Virus record (IMG/VR): IMGVR_UViG_3300024346_000005
DNA length: 64,000 nucleotides
Strand: one strand, 5' to 3'
DNA from: a virus
Lineage: Duplodnaviria; Caudoviricetes
Numbering within the stretch: position 1 is the first letter of the stretch; each line of letters starts with the position of its first letter. Both the position numbers and the translations under genes were made by a program. The notes under the pieces were generated by a model that did no database searches, was not told the origin of the DNA, and was given only the letters and a program-made list of their open reading frames with translations. This document shows, piece by piece, positions 46,515-57,089 of the stretch.

Positions 46515-47041
46515 TGGCAATTAAGGTTGTACAAAAAGTAAATAGAATAACTGCAACTGCGGGTGCAGCAACTACTAGCAATCCTATTGCTCTTAAAAGT
46601 GGATATTTGAGAGTTTCTACTGGACTAACATCGGTCTATGTTGAAATTGATAGTGAACCTGTTGCCACCGTAAATTCTTTTCAAATTGGTCCATATGGTA
46701 ATGAAGTATTGAAAGAAAGACTTGCAAGACAAAAGATTGCGGGAATTACTACGGGAACATCAACAATTGTTTCTTTTAGTGAAAATGCAGGAAATCCATT
46801 TTTAGTTGGTGATTATGTTACTATCCAAAATGCCCAACCGGCAGGAATTAATACAGAACATAAATTAGTCACTCAAGTGCTTAATGATTCTTTAACAATT
46901 TCACACAATAGTTCTTCTATTGTTGGAGTAATTACTACAACTAATGCAAATATTGCAAGAAGTGTGAAAGTGAGTGTTCTTGCGGCAGATGGATCTCAAA
47001 ATGTAAGTATCACAGAAATCGTTCAGTTAGTCACCGAATAA
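46514..47041 (+). CDS. Conserved hypothetical head-region protein (175 aa)
   Basis: TAATG coupling; lies between gp20 and gp21. Confidence 0.7.
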   Translation: MAIKVVQKVNRITATAGAATTSNPIALKSGYLRVSTGLTSVYVEIDSEPVATVNSFQIGPYGNEVLKERLARQKIAGITTGTSTIVSFSENAGNPFLVGDYVTIQNAQPAGINTEHKLVTQVLNDSLTISHNSSSIVGVITTTNANIARSVKVSVLAADGSQNVSITEIVQLVTE

Positions 47042-47043
47042 AA

Positions 47044-47694
47044 ATGAAACTCATCACAGAAGAAGTCTCACACGTAGAGTTTATTACCGAAAAAGTAGGT
47101 AAAGAAACTAAAACCTTTATTCAAGGAGTTTTCCTTCAGGGAGACATTTGTAACCGTAACGGTAGAATGTATCCGATGGAAACTCTTGCGAAAGAAGTGG
47201 CAAGATATAATGAAGCATTCGTTTGTAAAGGTCGTGCTCTTGGAGAACTCGGACATCCAGATGGTCCTACGGTAAATCTTGACCGTGTTTCTCATAAGAT
47301 TGTTTCCTTAGAACAAAAGGGATGCAATTTTATTGGTAAGGCACAACTTCTTGGAACTCCTATGGGTAAGATTGCCGAATCTCTTATTAAAGAAGGCGTT
47401 TGTCTTGGAGTTTCTTCTCGTGGTGTTGGATCACTCCAAATGACTAATGAAGGTCATAAAATTGTTGGTAAAGACTTTATGCTCGCAACTGCTGCTGATA
47501 TTGTGGCAGATCCTTCTGCTCCCGATGCTTTTGTACAGGGAATATTTGAAGGGAAGGAATGGATTTGGGAAGGAGGAATCCTTCGTGAAAGACTTGCAGA
47601 GCAAACAAAGAAGAGAATTAATACTCTTGTAGATGAAAAAACTCTACAAGAGCATAAAGTTCAATTGTTTCAAGATTTCTTAGGAAATCTATAA
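47044..47694 (+). CDS. gp21: Prohead protease gp21
   Basis: MKLITE; NRNGRMYP; GELGHP; GVSSRGVGS; DIVADPSAPDAF. Confidence 0.95.
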   Translation: MKLITEEVSHVEFITEKVGKETKTFIQGVFLQGDICNRNGRMYPMETLAKEVARYNEAFVCKGRALGELGHPDGPTVNLDRVSHKIVSLEQKGCNFIGKAQLLGTPMGKIAESLIKEGVCLGVSSRGVGSLQMTNEGHKIVGKDFMLATAADIVADPSAPDAFVQGIFEGKEWIWEGGILRERLAEQTKKRINTLVDEKTLQEHKVQLFQDFLGNL

Positions 47695-47734
47695 ATTATA
47701 AATAAATATAGATTATAATACAAGATCTAAAAAA

Positions 47735-48895
47735 ATGTCCGTTGGTAGAAATTTACAAGAAATGGAAAACGTAGTAACCAAAGGAGCCTCACCTGCCGAA
47801 ACTCCTTCAAAGAGTGCAACTCCTATTTTAACTCCAGGTCAAACTGGTTCTTGGGAAGATTTGGGTGGTCCAACTCCAGAAAATTATCGTCCCGATGACG
47901 ATTCTTCAAAACTCAAGGATCCTGCCACAACTCTTGCACAAGTTAGAGATGTTGTAAATGCTAAGGCATCTGCAGCAGATCCTATGAAAGGTGTTAAGGA
48001 AGAGACTGAAGAAGATGAAGATCTTGTCGATGAAGAAGATGAAGAAGAAGATGTAGTATCTGAAGAGTCTCACGAAGACGAAGAAGAAGATCCAAAACCA
48101 AAGAAAGGTAAAAAGTCTTCTAAAGAAGAAGAAGATGAAGACGAAGATGAAATGAAGGAAGACTTTGACATCGAAGAAGATGTTAATGCTCTCCTTGCTG
48201 GTGAGGATCTCTCGGAAGAGTTCCAAGAAAAGGCAAGAACAATTTTTGAGGCAGCAATCCGTTCTAAGGTTGTTGAAATCAAAGAAGAACTTCAAGAAAC
48301 TTATGAAAATGCACTCATTGAAGAAATTGAAGTAATCAAAGAAGGTCTTGTTGATCGTGTCGATGCATACCTTGAGTATGTTGCTGATGAGTGGGTTTCT
48401 GAAAACGCACTTGCAGTTGAGCACGGTCTCAAAACTGAAATGACCGAATCATTCCTCCAAGGAATGAGAGGTCTTTTTGAAGATCATTATGTTTCAATCC
48501 CTGAAGATAGATATGATGTAATCGAGAGTATGGTAGATAAACTTGATGAAATGGAAGGAAAACTCAACGAGCAAATTCAAAGAAATGTTGCTCTGAACAG
48601 AAGATTAGCAGAGTCGGTTGCCGATGTAATTTTTGCAGATGTCGCTGAGGGTCTTGCACTTTCTCAGAAGGACAAACTCGCTTCTCTTGCCGAAAATGTT
48701 GAGTTTGATAGTGAAGCAAACTATCGTGAGAAACTGGTAACTCTGAGGGAATCTTATTTCCCAACATATACTAGTGCTCAAAGAGATGACTCTGAAACCT
48801 TATCCGAAAGTACTGATGTCCAGTCCCAACAACCACAAGTTGATGGAAGAATGGCAACATACCTTCAGACTCTGGGAAGAGTCGCCAAACTGTGA
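47735..48895 (+). CDS. gp22: Prohead scaffolding protein gp22
   Basis: Long acidic tract; LSEEFQEKARTIFEAA; between gp21 and gp23. Confidence 0.9.
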   Translation: MSVGRNLQEMENVVTKGASPAETPSKSATPILTPGQTGSWEDLGGPTPENYRPDDDSSKLKDPATTLAQVRDVVNAKASAADPMKGVKEETEEDEDLVDEEDEEEDVVSEESHEDEEEDPKPKKGKKSSKEEEDEDEDEMKEDFDIEEDVNALLAGEDLSEEFQEKARTIFEAAIRSKVVEIKEELQETYENALIEEIEVIKEGLVDRVDAYLEYVADEWVSENALAVEHGLKTEMTESFLQGMRGLFEDHYVSIPEDRYDVIESMVDKLDEMEGKLNEQIQRNVALNRRLAESVADVIFADVAEGLALSQKDKLASLAENVEFDSEANYREKLVTLRESYFPTYTSAQRDDSETLSESTDVQSQQPQVDGRMATYLQTLGRVAKL

Positions 48896-48945
48896 TTTTT
48901 TAAATAATAAACAATCAAACAAAAACTTTTAACAAGGTAAAACAA

Positions 48946-50328
48946 ATGCAAATGTTCAACGCAGAATATTTGCAGGAGAAGTGGGCACCAATTCTGGATT
49001 ATTCCGGAATGGATCAGATCAAAGATGCACATCGCAGATCTGTAACCGCTATCCTGCTAGAAAACCAAGAGAGAGAACTCCGCGAAGAGCGTGACTTCCT
49101 CTACGAATCTCCAACCAACTCTGGCAATGCTGCTGGTGCTTCCGGTGGATTTGGTGGCAGTGCTCAAGGATTTAATGCTGGACCTACAGCTGGTTTCGAC
49201 CCCGTTCTGATTTCGTTAATCAGACGCTCGATGCCTAATCTGATTGCTTATGACCTGTGTGGCGTTCAACCAATGAACGGACCTACTGGACTCATCTTTG
49301 CGATGCGTTCACGTTACACCAGTCAGTCTGGAACTGAAGCATTCTTTGACGAAGCAGACACAAGATTCTCTGCTCAGAGTGCTACCAACAACCTTGTATC
49401 AGGTAACGTCGGTTTCGGTACTACTGCTGCTCAGTCAGGAACCAACCCAAGCGTTCTGAACGATACTCCAACCGCAGGAACCTACAACGTTTCCACCGGT
49501 ATGAATACTGGCGATTCAGAAGCACTTGGTGATGGCAATGCATTCAACGAAATGGCATTCTCAATCGAGAAAGTCACTGTTACTGCTAAGTCCCGTGCTC
49601 TGAAAGCTGAGTATTCACTTGAGCTCGCTCAAGACCTCAAGGCAATTCATGGTCTGAATGCTGAAGCAGAATTGGCAAACATTCTCTCAACTGAGATTCT
49701 TGCCGAAATCAACCGCGAAGTTATCAGAACCGTATACAAGATTGCTAAGCCTGGTGCTCAAGCAAACACTGCTACTGCTGGTACTTTTGACCTTGACGTT
49801 GACTCCAACGGTCGTTGGTCGGTTGAGAAGTTCAAGGGTCTTATCTTCCAAATCGAGCGCGATGCTAACGCTATCGCCCAGCAAACTCGTAGAGGAAAGG
49901 GTAATATGATTCTTTGCTCCGCAGACGTTGCTTCGGCACTTGCGATGGCAGGAGTTCTTGATTACACCCCAGCACTCAACGCAAACCTGAATGTTGATGA
50001 TACCGGCAATACCTTTGCTGGCGTTCTTCAAGGTAAGTATAAGGTTTATATTGACCCATATTCGGCAAACGTTGCTCCTAATCAGTTCTACGTTGTTGGT
50101 TATAAGGGTTCTTCTCCTTATGACGCAGGTCTATTCTACTGCCCTTATGTTCCTCTCCAAATGGTTCGTGCCGTTGGTGAGAACACCTTCCAACCAAAAA
50201 TCGGATTTAAGACCCGCTACGGCATGGTCGCCAATCCATTCGCTGAAGGTACAACCGTGGGTCAGGGTGCTCTTAATAACAACCTCAACGCTTATTACAG
50301 GAGAGTCAAAGTTGCAAATCTCATGTAA
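48946..50328 (+). CDS. gp23: Major capsid protein gp23
   Basis: VQPMNGPTGLIFAMR; TAKSRALKAEYSLELAQDLKAIHG; FKTRYG. Confidence 0.98.
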   Translation: MQMFNAEYLQEKWAPILDYSGMDQIKDAHRRSVTAILLENQERELREERDFLYESPTNSGNAAGASGGFGGSAQGFNAGPTAGFDPVLISLIRRSMPNLIAYDLCGVQPMNGPTGLIFAMRSRYTSQSGTEAFFDEADTRFSAQSATNNLVSGNVGFGTTAAQSGTNPSVLNDTPTAGTYNVSTGMNTGDSEALGDGNAFNEMAFSIEKVTVTAKSRALKAEYSLELAQDLKAIHGLNAEAELANILSTEILAEINREVIRTVYKIAKPGAQANTATAGTFDLDVDSNGRWSVEKFKGLIFQIERDANAIAQQTRRGKGNMILCSADVASALAMAGVLDYTPALNANLNVDDTGNTFAGVLQGKYKVYIDPYSANVAPNQFYVVGYKGSSPYDAGLFYCPYVPLQMVRAVGENTFQPKIGFKTRYGMVANPFAEGTTVGQGALNNNLNAYYRRVKVANLM

Positions 50329-50361
50329 GGTTATAAACCTAATGTGATTACTAGTATAAAT

Positions 50362-50388
50362 AAGAGAGTCTTACGACTCTCTTTTTTT
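50362..50388 (+). terminator. Intrinsic terminator after gp23
   Basis: AAGAGAGTC-TTAC-GACTCTCTT followed by a T-run. Confidence 0.8.
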
Positions 50389-51099
50389 ATGCAACATTTT
50401 ATATACAAGACCACACATATTTCTGGAAAATATTATATCGGAAGGCACTCAACTAAAAATATAAATGATGGATATTTGGGCAGTGGAAGATGGGTGAAAT
50501 CAATAAAAGAAAAATCAAATCTTTCGAGAGAAATACTTGAATATTGTAATAATGATAAAGAACTAATAGAAAAAGAAACTCTTTTAATAGAACAAAATAT
50601 ATCAAATTCTTTATGTATGAACTGGAACGATAAAGGTGTCGGTTGGTCGTCAAGGTTTAATCCATCCAAACTAAATCCAAGTAGATTTGCTGGAGATAAA
50701 AATCCAATGAAAAATGAAGAAGTTAGAAATAAAGTAAGTGAGTCTGTAAAAAAAGGATATGCCGAAGGAAGAATTCATCCCCTACTAGGCAAAAAACATA
50801 CTGAAGAATCTAAAGAAAAAAATAGACAAAAGCATCTTGGTAAAAAACTTTCACCAGAAACTATTGAAAAAATAAGAAATGCCAATATAGGAAAAGAACA
50901 AACAGACTACCAAAAGCAAAAAGCAAGAGAGGCAAATGAAAAAACTTGGAAAATAATCACACCAGAGGGAGAAGAAGTCATTATAACAAATCTACGCCAA
51001 TATTCCTTAGAAAGAGGTTTAGACCCAGGAAATATGATGCATGTGGCAAGAGGAAGGCAAAAGCAACATAAGGGTTATAAAGTATCTAAAGTAACTTAA
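50389..51099 (+). mobile_element. Free-standing GIY-YIG (Seg-like) homing endonuclease with NUMOD3-type repeats (236 aa)
   Basis: FIYKTT...YYIGRHST..INDGYLGSG; GKKHTEESKEK / GKKLSPETIEK; own late promoter 50355. Confidence 0.85.
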
Positions 51100-51128
51100 T
51101 ATACAAATCACTCTAAATAAAAATAAAA

Positions 51129-51683
51129 ATGCCTTGCTCCTTCCCCAACCAAATTGATAATAGAAACTTTCTATCACCAGTTGGGTTTAAGTTTTCATTA
51201 GCAAAAGAACCTAAAGTTGCCTTTTTCTGCAATACGGCAAGAATACCAGAAATTACATTATCTCTCAACATCCAACCATCATACCTAAAAGATATTGATG
51301 TTCCTGGTGATAAAATTACGTATGGTGATTTATCTCTAAGATTTTTGGTTGATGAGAACATGGAGAACTATATGGCAGTTCATAATTGGTTGACAGGTCT
51401 TGGATTTCCAGAAACAGCACAGCAATATAAAGATTTAATAACTATAGTAAATGATACAACACAAGCACAAGACCCCAAAAGAGCATTTAGTGATGGAAGT
51501 CTTTATATTCTGAATAGTAGCTATAACACAACTGCCGTGGTAAAATTCAAGGATTTATTTCCAGTATCATTAAGTTCTCTTGAGTTTGATGCCACACAAA
51601 CAGACATTCAGTACTTTACAGCAGACGTAGCTTTCAAGTATACTGTGTATAATATCCTTGATAATAATAATCAACCCCTATGA
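51129..51683 (+). CDS. gp3: Tail completion protein gp3
   Basis: NFLSPVGFKF...FLVDENMENY..VHNWL; usual cyanophage position after gp23. Confidence 0.85.
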   Translation: MPCSFPNQIDNRNFLSPVGFKFSLAKEPKVAFFCNTARIPEITLSLNIQPSYLKDIDVPGDKITYGDLSLRFLVDENMENYMAVHNWLTGLGFPETAQQYKDLITIVNDTTQAQDPKRAFSDGSLYILNSSYNTTAVVKFKDLFPVSLSSLEFDATQTDIQYFTADVAFKYTVYNILDNNNQPL

Positions 51684-52111
51684 ACCTTGATGAAATCCAG
51701 GAAATGTGGCAAAGAGATTCTGTCATAGACCCTGATAACTTACACGATGAATCACTAAAAATTCCTCAACTTCATTCCAAATATTATACTCTATATAATA
51801 CCATCACTCTTCTTCGTGAAAAAGCAAGAGAAACACATAATAGAGTCAGGTTGGAACGCTATAACTACTACACAGGAAAGGCAACAGCAGAGGTCTATGC
51901 CGAAGAACCATTTCCGTATAAGGTAAGAGAAAAGGACGCCATACAGAGGTATATGGACGCCGATGAGAGACTGTCTAAGATTGATTTGAAGATTAGATAT
52001 TATGATGTTATGCTTAAGTTTCTTGAAGAAGTCATTAAGATGATTACGAATAGAAATTACTCCATCAAGAATGCTATAGACTGGCACAAGTTTACGGCAG
52101 GGTATAACTAA
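51680..52111 (+). CDS. uvsY: Recombination mediator UvsY
   Basis: ESLKIPQLHSKY; YYTGKA; NRNYSIKNAIDW. Confidence 0.9.
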   Translation: MNLDEIQEMWQRDSVIDPDNLHDESLKIPQLHSKYYTLYNTITLLREKARETHNRVRLERYNYYTGKATAEVYAEEPFPYKVREKDAIQRYMDADERLSKIDLKIRYYDVMLKFLEEVIKMITNRNYSIKNAIDWHKFTAGYN

Positions 52112-52189
52112 ATAAAAATAAAATGAAAACTTACCCACCTTTTTATGTGTATTATTTTGTATAAATAGGAGTATGAGTGGATATTTTAA

Positions 52190-52747
52190 ATGGCATATAT
52201 TTACAAAATAACCAATTTAAAAAATAATAAAATTTACATTGGTTTTACAATAAATGAAATTGAAGTAAGGTTAAGGAATCATATAAGAGCATCAAGACAA
52301 AATAAAGAAAGACATACATATCTCCATTCGGCAATTAGAAAGTATGGTGAAAAATTTTTTATAGTTGAAGAAATAGAGAGTGGTGATGATAAAAAACTTT
52401 TAAATGAAAGAGAAAAATATTGGATTGATTATTTTAAACCAGATTATAACCTAACAAAAGGTGGAGATGGTTGTTTAGGTTATAAGCATTTGGAGGGGAC
52501 AAAGTTAAAAATAACTGGGTGCCCAAAAGGAGCAAAACAAACTTTGAGTGAAGAACAAAGAGATATTCTTTCCAATAGAGCAAAAATGATGAATGAGAAG
52601 AAGGGAAAGGGATATAAATTAAATGTTAGTGAAGAAGAGAGACAAAGAAGGAGAGAAAATATGATTAGAATTAATAAAGAAAGAAAAGGTCAAAATACAA
52701 CTTTAAATAAAAAAAGAGATGATAAGGGTCGGTTTTTATCGAAATAA
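52190..52747 (+). mobile_element. Free-standing GIY-YIG homing endonuclease (185 aa)
   Basis: YIYKITN...IYIGFT...RLRNH...NEREKYWI...YNLTKGG; late promoter 52160. Confidence 0.88.
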
Positions 52748-52771
52748 ATATCTATAACTGAAATTTTGTAA

Positions 52772-54235
52772 ATGGTCAATTTGGTCATAGAAAAAAAGAA
52801 TGAAGTATATTTACATATTACTGCAGAACCTCATATTTATTATGAATTAAAGGACTCTTTTCAATTTGAAGTTCCTAATGCAAAATTTTCTCCTGCATAT
52901 AAAAATAAATGGTGGGATGGTCGTATATATTTGTTTAATGTAGACACAAGAGAAATTTATATTGGACTCTTAGATAGAGTGATTCAGTTCTGTAAAGACC
53001 ACGATTATACTTATGAATTTGTGAATAATAAGTTTTATGGACTCCCCTTTGAGATAAATGAAAATATTTCAAAAGAAGGTGTAAAGGATTATTTAAATTC
53101 TATTTGCTCCCATATTCCACGCGATTACCAAATTGAGGGAGTATACGACGCTTTAAAATATAATCGTAAATTATTGATATCTCCAACTGCTTCTGGAAAG
53201 TCTTTGATGATATATGGTATTGTGAGATATTATGTTGAGAAAGAACAAAATATTCTCGTAGTTGTTCCAACGACTTCCCTTGTAGAACAAATGTATAAAG
53301 ATTTTGCAAGTTATGGGTTTGATGTTGGTTCATACTGCCACAAGATATACGCTGGTAAGGAAAGAGAAACTGATTCCCAAGTTATTATTACCACCTGGCA
53401 GTCTATTTACAAACTTCCCAAGCAGTATTTTTCCAGATTTAATGTAGTCGTAGGAGATGAGGCACACCAGTTTAAATCCAAGTCATTAATATCTATAATG
53501 ACGAAACTTTGTGATGCAAAATATCGTTTTGGATTCACCGGAACACTGGATGGGTCTCAAACTCATAAGTGGGTTTTGGAAGGTTTATTTGGACCTTCAT
53601 ATAAGATTATTAAGACAGATGAACTGATGCAGAAAGGTCATCTTGCTAAATTAGATATTAAAGTTCTACTACTGAAGCATCCTCCTCACAGATTTGAAGT
53701 ATTTGAGGATGAGGTTCAGTATATTATTAATCACTCAAAGAGAAATAACTTTATTAAAAATCTTGCTCTTGATTTAAAGGGTAATACTCTTGTTCTTTTT
53801 GCCAGAGTAGAAGGGCATGGGCAACCACTTTACGAACTCATAAATAATAGCAAAACTGACAATAGACACGTATTCTTTGTTCATGGAGGGGTTGCTACTG
53901 AAGAACGAGAATTAGTTAGGGAAATTACCGAAAGAGAGAATAATGCAATCATCGTTGCTTCCTATGGCACTTTTTCTACTGGTGTCAATATCAGAAATCT
54001 TCATAATGTTATATTTGCTTCACCTAGTAAATCAAGGATACGAAATCTCCAATCCATCGGAAGAGTCCTGCGAAAAGGAGAAAACAAAGTAAAGGCAACT
54101 CTATATGATATTGCCGATGATATTAGTTACAAATCAAGAAAAAATTATACACTCAATCACCTTATTGAAAGAATCAAGATTTATAATGAAGAAAACTTTA
54201 ATTACGATATTGTAAATATACCACTTAAGGATTAA
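52772..54235 (+). CDS. uvsW: RNA-DNA helicase UvsW
   Basis: SPTASGKS, GDEAH, GFTGT, QSIGRVLR. Confidence 0.95.
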   Translation: MVNLVIEKKNEVYLHITAEPHIYYELKDSFQFEVPNAKFSPAYKNKWWDGRIYLFNVDTREIYIGLLDRVIQFCKDHDYTYEFVNNKFYGLPFEINENISKEGVKDYLNSICSHIPRDYQIEGVYDALKYNRKLLISPTASGKSLMIYGIVRYYVEKEQNILVVVPTTSLVEQMYKDFASYGFDVGSYCHKIYAGKERETDSQVIITTWQSIYKLPKQYFSRFNVVVGDEAHQFKSKSLISIMTKLCDAKYRFGFTGTLDGSQTHKWVLEGLFGPSYKIIKTDELMQKGHLAKLDIKVLLLKHPPHRFEVFEDEVQYIINHSKRNNFIKNLALDLKGNTLVLFARVEGHGQPLYELINNSKTDNRHVFFVHGGVATEERELVREITERENNAIIVASYGTFSTGVNIRNLHNVIFASPSKSRIRNLQSIGRVLRKGENKVKATLYDIADDISYKSRKNYTLNHLIERIKIYNEENFNYDIVNIPLKD

Positions 54236-54236
54236 T

Positions 54237-54644
54237 ATGGGAGAAGAGTTTTACTGTATTTTAAAATTAGTATCAAGTGAAGAGATTCTATCACTTATTA
54301 TGATAGATGAGAATGATGGCGATCCAATTATTATTCTACAAAATCCAGTACTTATGAAACCCGTAACAACCTCTACCGGTGATTCTTATGTGAAGATTAA
54401 GCCCTGGATAGAAATGTCTAGTGATGATATGTTCTTGATTAAACTTGATAAAGTTATTACGATGACTGAAACACAAGACGTTAAATTAATTCAGTTATAT
54501 GAACATTATGTAAGTGATGATTCAATAGAAGTATATAAACCGGCTGGAGAAGTCAAACCTTCATCAACTATGGGTTATGTATCTTCGGTAGAGGAAGCAA
54601 GAAAGAATTTGGAGAATCTCTATAAAGATAATAAAGAAAGCTAA
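54237..54644 (+). CDS. Conserved T4-like hypothetical protein (135 aa)
   Basis: ILKLVSSEEI...LQNPV...KPW; usual position between uvsW and gp55. Confidence 0.75.
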   Translation: MGEEFYCILKLVSSEEILSLIMIDENDGDPIIILQNPVLMKPVTTSTGDSYVKIKPWIEMSSDDMFLIKLDKVITMTETQDVKLIQLYEHYVSDDSIEVYKPAGEVKPSSTMGYVSSVEEARKNLENLYKDNKES

Positions 54645-54670
54645 GACTTATCTTCAACGGGGACAAACCT

Positions 54671-54722
54671 AGTCTATACGGTTTTTCAATACTTGTCAAG
54701 CCCTTGCGGTATGTGCTATAAT
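54671..54722. promoter_or_regulatory. Divergent sigma70-type promoter pair sharing one -35 palindrome
   Basis: + strand: TTGTCA 54693-54698, N18, TGcTATAAT 54717-54722. - strand: TTGACA 54699-54694, N17, TAGACT 54676-54671. Confidence 0.6.
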
Positions 54723-54752
54723 AATTACAACTTATACTAAAAGTTCGATGCT

Positions 54753-55274
54753 ATGCCTAAAAAGAAATCAGAACATTATGTAAACAATAAAGAGTTATTA
54801 GAATCTCTTATTGTTTATAGATCTAAAGTAGATAAGGCAGCACAGAAGTATTTTGAGAAGTATGATAAGTATCCCCCTAAGTCTGGTGCTTGGGAAGGAA
54901 AACCTAGAATTCCAGATTATATTGGAGAATGCTTCTTGAAGATTGCCACTCACCTTTCATATAAACCCAATTTTGTAAATTATATGTTCCGTGAGGATAT
55001 GTGCTCCGATGGAATAGAGAATTGTGTTCAGTACATTCATAATTTCAATCCAGAAAGGTCTCAGAATCCTTTTGCTTATTTCACTCAGATTATTCACTAT
55101 GCCTTTTTGAGAAGAATTCAGAAAGAAAAGAAGCAACTGGAAATCAAGACAAAAATTATTGAAAGAACCGGTTATGATGAGGTTATGACAATTGATGACG
55201 GAGTGCTTTCTGGGAACAATAGTGAATACAACAGTATGAAAGACGCCATCCAGTACAGAAACGGAAACCGATGA
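54753..55274 (+). CDS. gp55: Late-transcription sigma factor gp55
   Basis: HYVNNKEL; YIGECFLKIATHLS; NPFAYFTQIIHYAFLRRIQKEKKQ. Confidence 0.95.
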   Translation: MPKKKSEHYVNNKELLESLIVYRSKVDKAAQKYFEKYDKYPPKSGAWEGKPRIPDYIGECFLKIATHLSYKPNFVNYMFREDMCSDGIENCVQYIHNFNPERSQNPFAYFTQIIHYAFLRRIQKEKKQLEIKTKIIERTGYDEVMTIDDGVLSGNNSEYNSMKDAIQYRNGNR

Positions 55275-55323
55275 TTTTTAGATATTATTTTTATAAATAG
55301 TATCGTGGTAATAAAAAAATAGA

Positions 55324-56046
55324 ATGAATATTCTTTATAAAATAACATATCTTCCTCATCTAAAAAATCAAACTCCCCCTTATTATTATGTTGGATCGAA
55401 ATACAACTATGGTAAAAAATATTTCGGATCTCCGTCATCCAAACAAAAAGATTGGTATAGTGGAGACCTTACTATTTGTAAATGGTGGAAAGAAAAAATA
55501 AAAAATAATATAGATGATTTTTATTTTGAAATAATATCAGAATATGGTGAAATATCTCCTAAGCAATTAGTTGAGGAGGAGAAAAAAATTCATATGGAAT
55601 TAGATGTTAAAAATAGTAAAGAATATTTTAATAAATCTGTAGCAACTTCTGGGTGGGTATCTGTTCCAAGAACAGATAATACAAAGAAAAAAATAAGTGA
55701 GATTACCAAAAATTATTGGGATCAAAATAGTCAAAAAGCATTAGAAAGAAGGAAAGAATTGAGTGAAAGAAATAAAAAAATAAAATCTAAAGAATTAAAA
55801 GAAAAATGGAAAAATCCAACTGATAAAATGTTGGATAATTATGAAAGATTTGTCAATATGGCAAAAAACCAAAAAAGGGGGAAGGATAAATCTAAAAGAA
55901 AACAAAGGACCACCCAAAAAGTTTTTTGTTGTGGTATAATATACGAAGATGCCGTTGAAGCAAGTAAAGTCGTCGGCATAAATCCAGTCAATATTCGTCG
56001 CAGATGTAGATTAGAACAATATACCGATTGGTATTATTTGGAATAA
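55324..56046 (+). mobile_element. Free-standing Seg-like (degenerate GIY-YIG) endonuclease with C-terminal HTH (240 aa)
   Basis: LYKIT...YYVGSK...YFGS; YFNKS; C-terminal IYEDAVEASKVVGINPVNIRRRC; late promoter 55292. Confidence 0.75.
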
Positions 56047-56050
56047 AATT

Positions 56051-57088
56051 ATGAAAGTTGCAATTTTAACAGACACCCACTGGAGCGCCCGCAAAGCTTC
56101 AAGAAATCTTCACGACTATTTTCAATTGTTTTACGATAATGTTTTCTTCCCTGCTCTAGAAGAACACGGGGTAGAGACTGTAATTCATATGGGTGATGCC
56201 TTTGATAATCGTAAAAGTATCGATTTCTGGGGTCTTGATTGGACTAAAAAAGTAGTATTAGAACCTCTTAGAAAGTACCAAGTCCATATGATTGTGGGTA
56301 ATCACGATATTTTTCTTCGTAATTCTACTGAAATTAATGCTCCAGAACTACTCCTAAAAGATTACTCAAACATAAAGACTTATAGTTCCCCAACGAATAC
56401 AAAGGTTTGTGGAATTGATATGACTTTTATTCCTTGGATTTGTAGTGAAAACTATGATGAAACTCTAAAAGTTATTCAGAAGTCAAAGGCAAAGATTGCG
56501 ATGGGGCACCTTGAACTCAAAGGGTTTCGGGTTAATAAACATCTTGTAATGGAGGAGCATGGACTGGAAGCAAATCTTTTTTCAAACTTCAAAAAGGTAT
56601 TTTCTGGTCATTACCACACTCGTTCTGATAATGGAACTGTGTTCTATCTCGGTAATCCTTATGAAATGTACTGGACGGATGTAAATGATACTCGTGGATT
56701 TCATATCTTTGATACCGAAACTCTAGAGCATACTCCAATCAACAATCCTTATAAATTATTCTATAACATTTATTATGAAGATACTCCACATCAGACTTTT
56801 GATGCCTCCGAGTATTCTAATAAGATTGTCAAAGTAATCGTCCGTAAGAAAACCAAGCAAAAAGATTTTGAAAAGTTTATTGACAAACTCTATAAGATTG
56901 GTATTCAAGACCTGAAGATTGTTGAAAACTTTGAGATTCAGGAAAATGAAAACTTTGTAATTGATGAGGAAGAGAATACTATTTCAATTCTGAATCGTTA
57001 TATTGATGAATCCGAATATGACTTTGATAAGAGTACTATCAAGAGTATATTCCAAGACCTCTATAAACAAGCTTGCGAAGTGGAGTAA
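56051..57088 (+). CDS. gp47: Recombination endonuclease subunit gp47 (Mre11/SbcD-like)
   Basis: LTDTHW, HMGDAFD, IVGNHD, GHLE, SGHYH. Confidence 0.95.
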   Translation: MKVAILTDTHWSARKASRNLHDYFQLFYDNVFFPALEEHGVETVIHMGDAFDNRKSIDFWGLDWTKKVVLEPLRKYQVHMIVGNHDIFLRNSTEINAPELLLKDYSNIKTYSSPTNTKVCGIDMTFIPWICSENYDETLKVIQKSKAKIAMGHLELKGFRVNKHLVMEEHGLEANLFSNFKKVFSGHYHTRSDNGTVFYLGNPYEMYWTDVNDTRGFHIFDTETLEHTPINNPYKLFYNIYYEDTPHQTFDASEYSNKIVKVIVRKKTKQKDFEKFIDKLYKIGIQDLKIVENFEIQENENFVIDEEENTISILNRYIDESEYDFDKSTIKSIFQDLYKQACEVE

Positions 57089-57089
57089 A

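Noticed and set aside
52082-52087. TGGCAC inside uvsY as another early module
   Set aside because: No left arm, no hairpin and no TATAAT at 30-32 nt.
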